A stretch of DNA of 64,000 nt, taken from Clostridiales bacterium (lineage in GTDB: Bacteria > Bacillota > Clostridia > Oscillospirales > CAG-272). The translations under genes were made by a program, and so were the position numbers. Below are positions 45,567-56,600 of the stretch, in pieces. The notes under the pieces were generated by a model that saw only the letters and a program-made list of their open reading frames with translations, searched no databases and was not told the DNA's origin. The DNA lies in contig JAAYQM010000058.1 of NCBI GenBank assembly GCA_012519315.1, forward strand, positions 3,062 through 67,061, given 5' to 3'. Numbering within the stretch: position 1 is the stretch's first letter; each line of letters starts with the position of its first letter.

Positions 45567-48110
45567 TCAGCCCAAAGTGTTGCCTGCATTCCAAGTGAAT
45601 ATATATTTACCTGAACCAAATTCATCGATAGTGCCATCGGGATAAACGAGAGTCACGGAAGTATTTGGAGGTATCATCACATTAAATACTACGCTGTCGC
45701 CTTCACTTTTCCACCCTGATTCAATACGCCCATACATTGAATCAACAGAGGCAAAAACATAGGACAAGTGCTTTGTCAAAATGGGCTTAATTAAAATTTT
45801 TTTGTATCCCGGTTCATCGGTCGAATAGTTTATACCGGCTATTTTTGTGTACATCCAGTCAGCGACAGCGCCATACGCATAATGATTGAACGAGTTCATG
45901 GTTTCACTCCATAATGTACCGTCTGACCTTATTCCGTCCCAATGCTCCCAAATTGTTGTCGCGCCCTGCTTTACTGAGAAAAGCCAAGAAGGATATTCCG
46001 TGCGCAAAAACAATGTGTATGCAAGCTCTTCATAGCCGTTGTCTGAAAGCGCATGAAGCAAATAAGGTGTACCAATAAAACCTGTTGTAAGGTGGTTGCC
46101 GGTTTTAATTATCATTTCTGCAAGCGCATCGGCAACAGCTTTCTTATTATCGGTTAGATTAAAAAACAGTGCAAGTGCACATGCTGTCTGCGTTTTTTGA
46201 TATGGCACACCGTCTTTATCCAAATATGTCTTTTTGAATCTATTTACAATTCCTTTGTTTAAGTGTGAGTATTCAGCACTCTCCCTCTGGTGACCTAGCA
46301 ATGCCGCAGCACGCGAAACCAAAGAAGTCGAGTGCGCATAGTAAGCATCCGCTATATAATTATCATCAGTGCTGCCCTTATTTGACCCGGGCGGCGAATC
46401 CAAGCCAAGCCAATCGCCGTAATGATAACCGCCTTCCCAATGGTATGGATTATCACCTTGCGCCTTTATATATTCAACCCATTGCTTCATACTGTCATAT
46501 TGCCGCGCAAGAAGCCGTTTATCCGCATATGCATGATAAATCTCAAATGGGCAGATTGTGGCTGCATCTCCCCAGCCTGCTGAGATTCGAGTCTTGGTAA
46601 TACCGGGCACAATGCCTGCAACTGCACCGCCAAGTTTCTTTTGATCAATAGCTAAATCCTTTAGCCATTTTGTGAAAAAGAGCGCTACATTCATATTCAT
46701 TGCTGCTGTTTTGATGAACACTTGGGCGTCTCCCGTCCATCCGAGCCGTTCATCTCGTTGCGGACAGTCAGTCGGAATATCGACATAGTTGCCTCTTTGG
46801 CCCCACAATATGTTTTGGTATAATCTATTTACATCGTCGTTAGAGCACTCAAAAGAACCGGTTGATTTTAGGCTTGAATATATAACCTTACCGAAAAAAT
46901 TATCAAGTTTTATTTCACCGGGATATTCGTCTATGCGTACATACCTAAAACCTTGAAACGTAAAATGAGGGTGGTAAAATTCTTCCCCCTTCCCGGATAG
47001 GATGTATTCTTCTTTGTTTTCGGCAGTTCTAAGATTGTCAGTATAAAAGTTCCCGTCTTTATCGAGTATTTCAGCGTGCGAGAGACACACCCTATCCCCC
47101 GGTTTTCCACAAACCTTGAAGGCTACCCAGCCGACCATGTTTTGACCGAAATCGATAACCGTTTCACCTTTCGGAGTTTTAACAATCGAAACCGGCTTTA
47201 TCTCATGCATTATTTTAACTGGTTCGTTTATTTGAGAATTTATATGCTTTTTAGGATAATCAAGTGAAATTGCGTTTTGCCAGGTTGAATCGTCAAAATC
47301 GAAATTCATTGATTCCTCTATTTTCTTTCGGGCATCGTAAGTTTCACCGTCATATATTTCGGATTTCAGAAATGCGCTTTCGTTATATTTCCAGCTTGTG
47401 TCACTTGGTACAAGTTGAATCTTACCATCAGGCATTTCGATTCTCAGCATCAAAAGGATGCCCGGCAAAGCATCAAATACATTGACACCACCTCGCCATC
47501 CCAGCCTACCCCTGCACCAACCTTTAGCTAAAGTAACCTCTATCGTATTTTCGCGCCGTAGCATATCTGTCACATCGTATGTTTGATATTGCAAATTTTC
47601 ATTGTACGATGTAAAGCCGGGGGTTAACCAATAATCCCCGACACGCTTACCGTTCAGCTCGATTTCATAAACCCCAAGTGCTGTTGCATAAATACGTGCA
47701 GATTTTACGGGCAATTCGCATTTAAATGTCTTCCTGAATACAGGGCAAACCTGAGTGTTACCTTCTGAAGTCGTTATCCAATCGGCGTTGAAGTTTTCGG
47801 GTATTTGTATTCCGGTTTCAAAGAATGCCCGGCTCCACTCTGATTCGTTGCCATCGCAATCCCAAATCCTTATGGAATAATCATATCTTGTAAAGGGCAA
47901 CAAGGGCTTGCCCCCGTATTGTATATGTATATTCTCGCCACTTTTGACAATACCGCTCTGCCACATACCGTCAACATTTATCTCGTAGGCAGATTGCTTG
48001 ACATTTTGAAGCGAGCTTTCAATTCTCCAACTAAAGCGTGGGTACAAATCATCCATTCCTAAAGGATTTTTTTTATATTCACATAACAAGTCCTTGCATT
48101 CAATCAGCAC
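45567..48110 (-). CDS. Alpha-L-rhamnosidase (GH78)
   Basis: Contains PRFSWRIES, GVYEIELNGKRVGD and DCPQRDERLGWTGDAQVF, with the (alpha/alpha)6 C-terminal pattern. The GTG start lacks a clear RBS, so the start is uncertain. Confidence 0.85.
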   Translation of the reverse strand: MLIECKDLLCEYKKNPLGMDDLYPRFSWRIESSLQNVKQSAYEINVDGMWQSGIVKSGENIHIQYGGKPLLPFTRYDYSIRIWDCDGNESEWSRAFFETGIQIPENFNADWITTSEGNTQVCPVFRKTFKCELPVKSARIYATALGVYEIELNGKRVGDYWLTPGFTSYNENLQYQTYDVTDMLRRENTIEVTLAKGWCRGRLGWRGGVNVFDALPGILLMLRIEMPDGKIQLVPSDTSWKYNESAFLKSEIYDGETYDARKKIEESMNFDFDDSTWQNAISLDYPKKHINSQINEPVKIMHEIKPVSIVKTPKGETVIDFGQNMVGWVAFKVCGKPGDRVCLSHAEILDKDGNFYTDNLRTAENKEEYILSGKGEEFYHPHFTFQGFRYVRIDEYPGEIKLDNFFGKVIYSSLKSTGSFECSNDDVNRLYQNILWGQRGNYVDIPTDCPQRDERLGWTGDAQVFIKTAAMNMNVALFFTKWLKDLAIDQKKLGGAVAGIVPGITKTRISAGWGDAATICPFEIYHAYADKRLLARQYDSMKQWVEYIKAQGDNPYHWEGGYHYGDWLGLDSPPGSNKGSTDDNYIADAYYAHSTSLVSRAAALLGHQRESAEYSHLNKGIVNRFKKTYLDKDGVPYQKTQTACALALFFNLTDNKKAVADALAEMIIKTGNHLTTGFIGTPYLLHALSDNGYEELAYTLFLRTEYPSWLFSVKQGATTIWEHWDGIRSDGTLWSETMNSFNHYAYGAVADWMYTKIAGINYSTDEPGYKKILIKPILTKHLSYVFASVDSMYGRIESGWKSEGDSVVFNVMIPPNTSVTLVYPDGTIDEFGSGKYIFTWNAGNTLG

Positions 48111-48568
48111 TGATAATAAACTCGGTTCTAAAATCGGAAAAAGATGAACCGCCTTTCATAATATAAAATATTTATTGGTCGGGGAGTAGAGAGTTGTATA
48201 TATGAAATCCGTTCTTCTTTTATTATATATAGCAACGTTTTTATGATAAATGCTTCGTCGGCATTATTCATTTTGCATGGTGCAGAGCAAACGGATGTTT
48301 GGGCGTTTAATCGTCTACTCCCATCCACTGAATTCGAATTGCAGAAAACTGTCCCCAAGTTTTCATTTCATTCATCCGTTATTCTTGCTTTTTAAAGAAT
48401 TTAAGTGCCAGATGATTAATTGGGTGTAGGGAAAGCAAAGCGACAAGATAGAGCAAATGCTCTAAAACGCCCAGCTTCCCCTATCTCCCCAAAGGATCTC
48501 ACAGACCTTTCAAATTTCAGTCTCAAATCCTATAGATATAACTTTATATTATAACGAACTATCCTCAT

Positions 48569-50641
48569 TTAAGAAGGCATATACGGTAATTTCATTGTAT
48601 ATGTCCCTTGGTGCGAAATAATCACAGCTTTAACGTTTTTACCCTCGACCAAAGACTTATTGATAGTATGATCCTTATATTCATCATAATGCTCAACCGA
48701 AGTTGGCCACAGACAAATAGTTGGGTCAATCAATCTATAAACTTGAGTGGTACCACCGGATATTATGCCGTGATGTGACATCTGTACTAAGTCGCTTTTT
48801 AGATAATCATCATACATCTCCGCCATTACACCATTGCCTTTTGGCATAATGTCTCCAAGCCACATATGACGCTGACCTTCAATATCAACGGTAAACACCG
48901 CCGTGCTGTCATTATAATACTCATAGTAGCTGGGGAATAAGTCTGCATATGTATACAAAAACTCTATTTTTGCATTTGCAATATTGAACACCTGACCTGC
49001 ATAGGGTTTGACTAATTGGTCATCGCGGAAAAATATTTTTATTATATCGTAAAATTTAGGAACAATATTATCACTCATATTAGAATCTACGATTCTTGTC
49101 GATTCTAGAGAGGGAAAATTGAAAATAACCTTTTCAACCTTTACATCTTGATTGTGTTTAGGCATGAAATCCATAAATACATTGATATGGTCGGGGTGAG
49201 CATGTGTGAATATCCATGCGGCAATAACTATTTTATCGCCTTGGGGTGTTTGTTCGGACAAGACCCTATAAAGCTCAGCCACCTCCTTACCGCCACCATC
49301 ACCGGGCCCTCCGTCTATCACTAAAAATCTGCCATCGCATAGTTTGTAAACTGCGGATAACCCGAGTGATTGCAGTTGCAACTGGGTAAGAGTGCTGTCA
49401 GTTGTTTTAGTGTATTGATTTTCTTCGGTAAGAAAATCAAAAGCCGATTTCCCGCCAGCAACAATTCGCACCGATTTCTGTTTGTCAATGTAATACACAT
49501 AAAGAGAAGAGTCGCTGTTCAAATATGCGGTATAGAGATTTTCGCCAATACTATTCTCATATACCTTTGTGTATCCTTTTTCTACAAGTGCGTCCTGGTA
49601 GGATATGAACTCAGTTTTGTTTGTGTTTCTAATAAGCCTCAGATATTGATTATCATTGCAATCGAATATCTTATCCTGCTCTCCGCCTTTGTATTCTGGG
49701 ATATCCGTTGTCCAACCTTCTATGCTGCCCACATCGTCAGCGTTTGGAATAATCAACATTGCCTCATTCTCCTTGTTGCGCGTCGCAAGTCTCTTTAGTT
49801 TTTCACAGAAAATGCCGACTGCCTTAGCGGTAAGTTCATCTCCCGTTCCGGCAATTACTACAACCCCATCCTTTATCTGAATGGCGTATTCATAATCTGC
49901 AAGTCCCTTTATCACGTTTTTGCTTTCGACGCGACCTGTTTCTCCGATTAGTATTTCGTTTTTTCTTTCTGTTTTTTGTGTTGCAGTGTCATATGTATAT
50001 TCAATATTAATCCCGGTTAAATCCCTTATCGTATTCAAAAGGGAAGCCAAGGCAGCCTCTATAATTGGGCTCGCCTTTTTGCTTATAATGATAATGCTGT
50101 TGCTTACTCCATTTTCCAGGATGCTGAAAGAGTTGCTTTCGTCGAAGACGATGTTTATTGAGGTTCCAAGCAATAAGAAAATGTTTTTGTTTTCCGATTT
50201 CATCTCCGAAACCAAACGCGCTACTGCTAGCTCAAGAAAATAATCGTTTGATGCAGCAATAATGACTTTGTTTTCAGTAACCTCGATAGAATACCCATAA
50301 ACGAGCTTTTCATAGGCGCTTTTTGATTCCTCTCGGTTGGTTTCGCCAACTAGAATCTCGTATGCAGACCTATCAATGTCCTCGACATTTTTCGCCCAGT
50401 CGTCAGATATCCCAATTGGGACACCTGACAAGCTATCAATAGCAGCTTTTAGATCAATTGCTGCCTTTATGCAGTTTTTTGATGCCTTAACGGGACGTAC
50501 TATGGTAAAAATCGCTGTTTCACCCTCTATAATATTTACGGGTGTGATAGGTGGGTCTGTCTCTTTACAGGATGGAAGCATAAAACTAAGCAATAACGAG
50601 ATTAGAAGAATACACGTGCTCGCTATTTTATTGATCCGCAT
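48569..50641 (-). CDS. Lipoprotein with duplicated N-terminal module and C-terminal MBL-fold metallo-hydrolase domain
   Basis: Lipobox MLPSCK, internal repeat ILVGETNREESK.../ILIGETGRVESK..., and HxHxDH in IAAWIFTHAHPDH (nt 49187-49207). Paralogous to the MBL region of 53648..57724. Confidence 0.6.
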   Translation of the reverse strand: MRINKIASTCILLISLLLSFMLPSCKETDPPITPVNIIEGETAIFTIVRPVKASKNCIKAAIDLKAAIDSLSGVPIGISDDWAKNVEDIDRSAYEILVGETNREESKSAYEKLVYGYSIEVTENKVIIAASNDYFLELAVARLVSEMKSENKNIFLLLGTSINIVFDESNSFSILENGVSNSIIIISKKASPIIEAALASLLNTIRDLTGINIEYTYDTATQKTERKNEILIGETGRVESKNVIKGLADYEYAIQIKDGVVVIAGTGDELTAKAVGIFCEKLKRLATRNKENEAMLIIPNADDVGSIEGWTTDIPEYKGGEQDKIFDCNDNQYLRLIRNTNKTEFISYQDALVEKGYTKVYENSIGENLYTAYLNSDSSLYVYYIDKQKSVRIVAGGKSAFDFLTEENQYTKTTDSTLTQLQLQSLGLSAVYKLCDGRFLVIDGGPGDGGGKEVAELYRVLSEQTPQGDKIVIAAWIFTHAHPDHINVFMDFMPKHNQDVKVEKVIFNFPSLESTRIVDSNMSDNIVPKFYDIIKIFFRDDQLVKPYAGQVFNIANAKIEFLYTYADLFPSYYEYYNDSTAVFTVDIEGQRHMWLGDIMPKGNGVMAEMYDDYLKSDLVQMSHHGIISGGTTQVYRLIDPTICLWPTSVEHYDEYKDHTINKSLVEGKNVKAVIISHQGTYTMKLPYMPS

Positions 50642-52088
50642 CTTTTAGTCCCTCTATTAATCTTCTGAGCATAGCTTCTGTCATAGGCTTAGCTGTTTGC
50701 CATGTCGAGGCCCAGTTGCGATCGTTATTTTGGAACTGATTGAAATACTTATCTGCAATGCCATTAAGCTGAACATGGAAGAGCCGTCCCAATTCGTATG
50801 TTATTGTGTCGCGCAAAAGGTCATACATCTGCGCGTCTTCATTAGCATCTGCGTACCTTGATTTAAAAGATACTTCAAACAAAGCAGGTGTTGTTGTCCT
50901 ATAAGCCTCGGACGCCATGCATTCAAGCACCGCCGCCGCCCGATGTGGATCATTCCCGTATGCGGATACAGAATATAAGGTATAGGGATTTGCAACCGAT
51001 GTTATGTAACCGCTCTGTTCCTCATCCCATTTAGGCAAGGGTAAAACACCATATTTTACCTCTGAGTCTGCCAGATGTTCTGTGGCAAGATATACGCGAT
51101 CTATGCAAAACAGGGATCTGCCAGCGGCAAATATCTCTTTATACACCATATCCTCATTACAATAAACATCTTTGCCTACATGTATCCAATCACATATCTT
51201 GTTAAGAAAATCCAAGGATTTTTCACCGTAAAATGAAGGGGAGATAGTAAGCCAATTTTCTTTATCAGGTTTAAGAACAGAAAGTTCGGAAGCATCAAAA
51301 AGCCCTTGTATATGCAATGCAAATGTTGTCATCCCATAACTGTCGCCCTGGTCCTTCTTGCCGTCGTTGTTCAAATCCTGGTATATACCGCGTGACATCT
51401 CAATCATTTTATCAAGTGTCCACTTATTGTCAGCAACAAGCTGATATGGATCATCAAGTTTGTAATCTTCTATCGTTTTCTTGTTAAAGAAAGCCGCAAC
51501 CATCATATATAAAATATTAGTAGAAATATCACCCGACGCAAAATATAATTTGCCGTCTATCGTGACATCATCCAGAAGTTTCTGCGACCACCAAGGTTTA
51601 TCAAAATTGAGATAGCGAAGATCCAGTAAATTTTCAGAAAACCCATTTATAGCGCAGGTAGCCGCGGTCCTTGAATATGCGGCATAAATATCATAATCTT
51701 TTGTACCCGCCTCAATGCTTTTTTTCGCTTTGTCAATAAATGTGTTTACATTAGTTGAATTGCCTTTGACACCTATGAATTCAAGCTCGACGTCTAGGCG
51801 GTTTTGAACATTATCATTTCGATAATATATAGCGTTTTCGACTTTATCACCGGTGAGGTCTTCAATAAAGAATTCTGGTTTCTGTACGTCTTCCCAGTAT
51901 AAAATTGTTACCTTCTCGCCATCGAATTTAAGGTCTTCCGGCAAGTCGTCATCAACGAATCTACCCGTTGTTTGCTCGTCGGTCTGGGATGAAGCCCCAG
52001 TTGTAGTTTTGTCATCACGTTCGGTGCAAGATACAAGTGCTATCGATAGCATAACGCAGACCAACAGTAATGAAATAATGCGTTTCAT
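50628..52088 (-). CDS. Lipoprotein, extracellular solute-binding-protein-like
   Basis: MKRIISLLLVCVMLSIALVSCT lipobox after RBS GAGAGGGAA. Family resemblance to 21293..22804. Its 14-nt 3' overlap with the next gene implies an operon. Confidence 0.55.
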   Translation of the reverse strand: MKRIISLLLVCVMLSIALVSCTERDDKTTTGASSQTDEQTTGRFVDDDLPEDLKFDGEKVTILYWEDVQKPEFFIEDLTGDKVENAIYYRNDNVQNRLDVELEFIGVKGNSTNVNTFIDKAKKSIEAGTKDYDIYAAYSRTAATCAINGFSENLLDLRYLNFDKPWWSQKLLDDVTIDGKLYFASGDISTNILYMMVAAFFNKKTIEDYKLDDPYQLVADNKWTLDKMIEMSRGIYQDLNNDGKKDQGDSYGMTTFALHIQGLFDASELSVLKPDKENWLTISPSFYGEKSLDFLNKICDWIHVGKDVYCNEDMVYKEIFAAGRSLFCIDRVYLATEHLADSEVKYGVLPLPKWDEEQSGYITSVANPYTLYSVSAYGNDPHRAAAVLECMASEAYRTTTPALFEVSFKSRYADANEDAQMYDLLRDTITYELGRLFHVQLNGIADKYFNQFQNNDRNWASTWQTAKPMTEAMLRRLIEGLKDADQ

Positions 52089-52167
52089 AGTATTCCCTCT
52101 CAAAAATAGTTGAAAATCGCATTTGCAAGGGAAAGCATATCCCTTGCCGATGCGTTCTCAAGTTAAT

Positions 52168-53448
52168 TTATGCTCTTCTTTTTTTGAAAATAGCAACTGA
52201 GGCAAGCGCCGCTAAGGTCAGTATAATAACGCCGAATACAACATCTCCTGTCGGAGGGGTCGTCGTTGTACCGCCACCCGTACTAGTAGTATTGGCCGGT
52301 GGGTCTGTTACAACCGGACTCTCACCCGATGCTGTCATGTATAACAACCCTTTCGGAACTGCATAACCATCAGCAACTGTTGCCCATTTGTTTGTAAAAT
52401 CAAGATCCGTCATGTTTGTTTTTGCCGCTTCACCCTTCATCTTAGCTGTGGCAAGACCGGTTGCACCAGAGCCTTCAATAACCGCGTTGGCATCATATGA
52501 GTTATGCGTTTTTTTAGTTGGTGTAGCATTATCAAAGTAGCACTTTTCAATTGTCATTTTAAAGCCTGTGCCACCAACTTTATACATACCAACAATATCT
52601 GCAAGAGATGTACCTGTAGCGTTGGTTGTGATAGAGCCTGCATTAACACAGTTCGTTATTGAGGTGCCATTACCGCCTTGGCGGCCAATGATTCCGCCCG
52701 CCTCGTCAGAAGCTGAGATTGCGCCGGTGTTAAGGCAATCCCTGATTGTCACTGATATGCTGTTTCCGTTGCCGAGAATTCCACCAACGTACTTTGACTT
52801 GCCGTCAACAGTGCCGTCAAACCAACAACCTTTGATTTCAGAGTTCTCCGCTCCTGGATTCAGTTTGCCGATTATACCGCCAACATGGAATCCGGGGTCG
52901 CCTGCTGTGCCGTCCATCCCATTGACAATAGCGTCAGAATAAACGTTTTCTACTGTTCCCGGTAGAGTTGTTATTTCAGCAACAACGCTCGCCACGGTGT
53001 TATTTCCAGCAAAAAACGAATTAACAATAGCGACATTTTTAATTGTTCCGCCGGTAACACGGGCGAATAGAGCTATATTATTCGATGTCAAGCTGCTGTT
53101 ATACAACCCGCTTATTGTATGGTTCTGTCCGTCAAAAGTGCCCATGAAGTTGGCTATCGGCACCCATTTGTTCGTCGGAGGCGTTGTTTTCCAAGTATCC
53201 GCACTTCCGGCGTTCATAACGATATCCGCACCGAGCTTAATTGTTTTTCCGTCAAAAATTTCGCCCCCTGCAGCAAGTTTTGAAAGTCCTGCAAGCTCCT
53301 GGGGAGTGCTAATGGTAAACTCGGTCTGAGCGGTGTTAAACCATGATGTATCTTCTGTGCCGTCCCAGACAGTTGCAGCGAAAGTGTTTACCGAGAGAAG
53401 GGAAAACAATAGTGTTGCTGCAATTAAAAATAATAGACTTTTCTTCAT
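52168..53448 (-). CDS. GLUG-motif beta-helix surface protein, signal peptide and C-terminal TM anchor
   Basis: Signal peptide ...VNTFAATVW, then DTSWF...FTISTPQELAGL...GKTIKLGADI...GTFDGQNHTISGLY, followed by repeated GG(I/L)(I/L)G turns. The C-terminal VIILTLAALASVAIFKKRRA is the anchor. Confidence 0.6.
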   Translation of the reverse strand: MKKSLLFLIAATLLFSLLSVNTFAATVWDGTEDTSWFNTAQTEFTISTPQELAGLSKLAAGGEIFDGKTIKLGADIVMNAGSADTWKTTPPTNKWVPIANFMGTFDGQNHTISGLYNSSLTSNNIALFARVTGGTIKNVAIVNSFFAGNNTVASVVAEITTLPGTVENVYSDAIVNGMDGTAGDPGFHVGGIIGKLNPGAENSEIKGCWFDGTVDGKSKYVGGILGNGNSISVTIRDCLNTGAISASDEAGGIIGRQGGNGTSITNCVNAGSITTNATGTSLADIVGMYKVGGTGFKMTIEKCYFDNATPTKKTHNSYDANAVIEGSGATGLATAKMKGEAAKTNMTDLDFTNKWATVADGYAVPKGLLYMTASGESPVVTDPPANTTSTGGGTTTTPPTGDVVFGVIILTLAALASVAIFKKRRA

Positions 53449-53508
53449 TTGCGTCTTCTCCTTATTAATAAATAAATTTTTAGTAGTGCTTTTTTTAAAT
53501 AGTTATCT

Positions 53509-53631
53509 TTATAAATATTTAACATCCAAGTCGAATCCATCGAGGCCATCGCTTGTTGTAATATTCGAAAGACTTCCGCCAGCGAAATATATAACCTGCA
53601 AATCTGGTTCTGTGTAATCTTTTTTCATCAT
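53509..53631 (-). CDS. Unannotated 40-aa ORF (MMKKDYTEPDLQVIYFAGGSLSNITTSDGLDGFDLDVKYL)
   Basis: AGGAGG lies 5 nt upstream of the ATG, which is 16 nt after the stop of the upstream gene. It fills an otherwise empty 199-nt intergenic gap in the operon. It is below the 60-aa cutoff of the ORF track. Confidence 0.4.
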   Translation of the reverse strand: MMKKDYTEPDLQVIYFAGGSLSNITTSDGLDGFDLDVKYL

Positions 53632-53647
53632 TCCGCCTCCTGATATT

Positions 53648-56600
53648 TTATGGTTGATATTCAGCTACGCCGAGAACATAATCATAATCTGCACCGCTGA
53701 GTCCATGATTTGGATCAGCCAAAATCTGAACGGCGACACCGTGAATATTTTTTGTTACCGGGTTGCCATAAATAACATAACTGTCTACACCGTTGCTCAT
53801 AAGTGCGTAGCTGACAAATACATAATCTTTATAATACAGTGATTCGTCGAATCCAATCAGAACAGCAGTGTACATAATATCACCGTCTTTGTTCTCGAAT
53901 ACAAGATTGACATTGTCCGCTTCACTATATGCAACGCTTTTGCCGACTCTATTTTGATATGTTCCGGTGAAGTATGAAAGAGGTGCCGGATTGTCAGCGG
54001 CTTTTACGAGCGTTCCGTATTCAACGGGGAAATATCCATCCGATCCGTTTGTTTTCAGATCTTCAGAAATCCTCGATTTGAAACGCAAACCCTGACCAAG
54101 CGATTCATTTGTACGAATTGACGCTCCAACATAACCCAAGATGTTCTTCATGTTTTGCATTTGCGTTGTATTATACCCTGAAGCTGTTTTCTTAACAAAA
54201 TATACAAAGTTGTTAAAATCATTTGTGGCAGCGTTCACTGTTTCAATAATCTGAACGGTAGTGTTTGCTCCATTGCCCGGCACGCTTACAATGAAACCGG
54301 TGTCTGTGAATTCAGTGGCGTCGGTCACGTCAACACCGTTAGCCAATATCCGTACATCAGATGTTTTGTTTATTCCTGTCGGATAGGCAAATGTCAAAAG
54401 TGAGTTTGCGGTATAAGGCAATACAAGTGTAGTTGTCTTATTTGCAACTATGTTTTCTTCTACATTAAGACTATTCCGAAGATAATTGTTCGTTGTGCTG
54501 GTGCTGATCTTGTCTACCGGCCATAGCAGCACTGATGGATTGACCTTGGCATACAATGTGCGTATCGAACTGAAATCCTGATACCCATGATGAGACACTT
54601 GACAAATATCGGCTTTGACGGCGTTAATATACATTGAGTTTATCAAAGGAACGCTGCCTTCTTCTGTGTCTCCGAGAAAAAGAATCTTCTGCTCATCCAC
54701 CTCAATGGTGAAAATTAAGCTGCTGTCATTAACAGTTATCATTGAACCGGGGAATAAATCCTCGTATGTAAACAAAATGTCGATCTTCGCATTGCGGAAG
54801 TATAGGCTTTGCCCCGTATGAGGCTTTATCACGCTAAGAGTCGAGTCGGCATTTAGTGCGCTTGTTACCGCCGCGTTAAAGCGAGGCAGCATGTCAGGGT
54901 TCGTCACCATAGGGTTGTCAAGCAGCCCTAAAACAGAGGAGTCAGGAAAGCTGTAAATCAGATTTTCTAATGTAACATTTGCGCTATATGAATCCATAAA
55001 ATTAGCGAAGGTGCCTGTATGATCCAAATGTGCATGCGTGAAAATCCAAGCAGCGATTACAATAGGATCGCCTCCGGATTGTGCTTGCAGGATGGAATAA
55101 AGCTCTACTTCGTCAATACCCTTCACATACCCGCCGTCAATGATAATAAAGCTTCCGTCGGCAAGCCTAATAACATATGACATGGCTGTTCCATCCGTTA
55201 CCATCTGAGTAAGCAAAGTTGTCTTTGAAGCAACATACTTGGTGTCAGGCAGCAATGCGGATAACTGGGAGGATTTCTCAATTATGATCCTTATGCTTTG
55301 ATTTGATGGGGTATAGTAAATGAAAATTGTCGAGCCGTCTTTTGTGTAAGTAGCAGATTTGTTGCCATCAATATCTTTATCTGCATACTTTACATATCCA
55401 AGACTCTGTAAGTTTGATACAGCGGTATTGTATTGTGCGGCCCCGGTATCCCCTATAACCATAAGATAGTCGCCGTTATCTTGCGACTCGGCATAGTTAA
55501 GACTGCCGCTTATACCATAAGGAATGTTGAGTGTTTTAAGCATATCCATCGGATGTTCAATTTTATCTGCCGAATAAACATAATTTTCGCGTGAAAGGGA
55601 TAAAAACTTTTGAAGTCTCGGGGTTTCGCCCGTAACCGTCGCCCATGTGTTAGTGAAATCCAGTGCGCTCATATTTGTAGATGCAGCAGCACCGGTCATC
55701 TGTGCCATACTTTTGGCATATATAGTACCTGCAAGAGACGAAGTGCCCTCTAAGCCAACAGGGGTGCATCCCAGAGGATAGTAAGAGCCAATTACGGTTA
55801 AAGTTCCACCGTTTTTATAGTCGCCGAAAAGAGAGTTTGCAAACTTGTTATCCGTTGAGGCAATCGGCCCTGTTGAATAGCAATTTGTGAGTGATGCGCT
55901 AAGACCGCCGCTTCGGCCCACTATTCCACCAACCTCGTCCAAGCCATATATTGCACCCGTGTTCATGCAATCGCTAACGGAAATAGCTTGCCCGTTTCCG
56001 TTTCCAATAATGCCGCCGACGTATTTGCTTGCCGACTTAACTGAGCCGTCAAACCAGCATTTGCTGATCTGCACGCCTGCAGAAGCACATACGCCGACTA
56101 ATCCGCCGGTTGACGCTCCCCCGGTGGGTAAGCCCTCTGAAACTTTTACATATGCGTCACTGTATATACCTGAAATTGTCGCAGGATTTGAAATTATTGC
56201 ACCGGCAAGTCCGCCGATATTGCTGTTCCCTGCAATAAGCGAGTTTTTAAAGACAATATCTTTAACAGTCGCGCCATTCAGTCTGCCGAAAAATCCGACA
56301 TAGCTTTTGGTGCTATTGTCATAATATAAACCACTTATTGTATGGCCCTTCCCGTCAAAAGTACCCTGGAAGCCCGGATCGCCAAAGGATATAGGTAACC
56401 AACCGTATGTCGGTGGATTATAAATCCAGTCAAGGTGATTGCCGGTATTCATTGTGATATCCGCACCGAGGTTTACAGTTTTACCCTGAAGGGGTCTGCC
56501 TATGGTAGTAATAACAGCAAGCCCTGACAGCTGCGCCATTGTATTTATTGTGTAAGTTGATTCACTTGCCTTATACCACGAGGTATCGGGCAATCCGCTC

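Noticed and set aside
48181-48322. Second GGGGAGTAG motif (possible second yybP-ykoY riboswitch) with a complementary GTCTACTCCC ~125 nt away
   Set aside because: The motif is on the plus strand, but the flanking genes are on the minus strand. The 3' AAGAGACC half and a P1 helix are missing. It is probably a chance match or a short inverted repeat.
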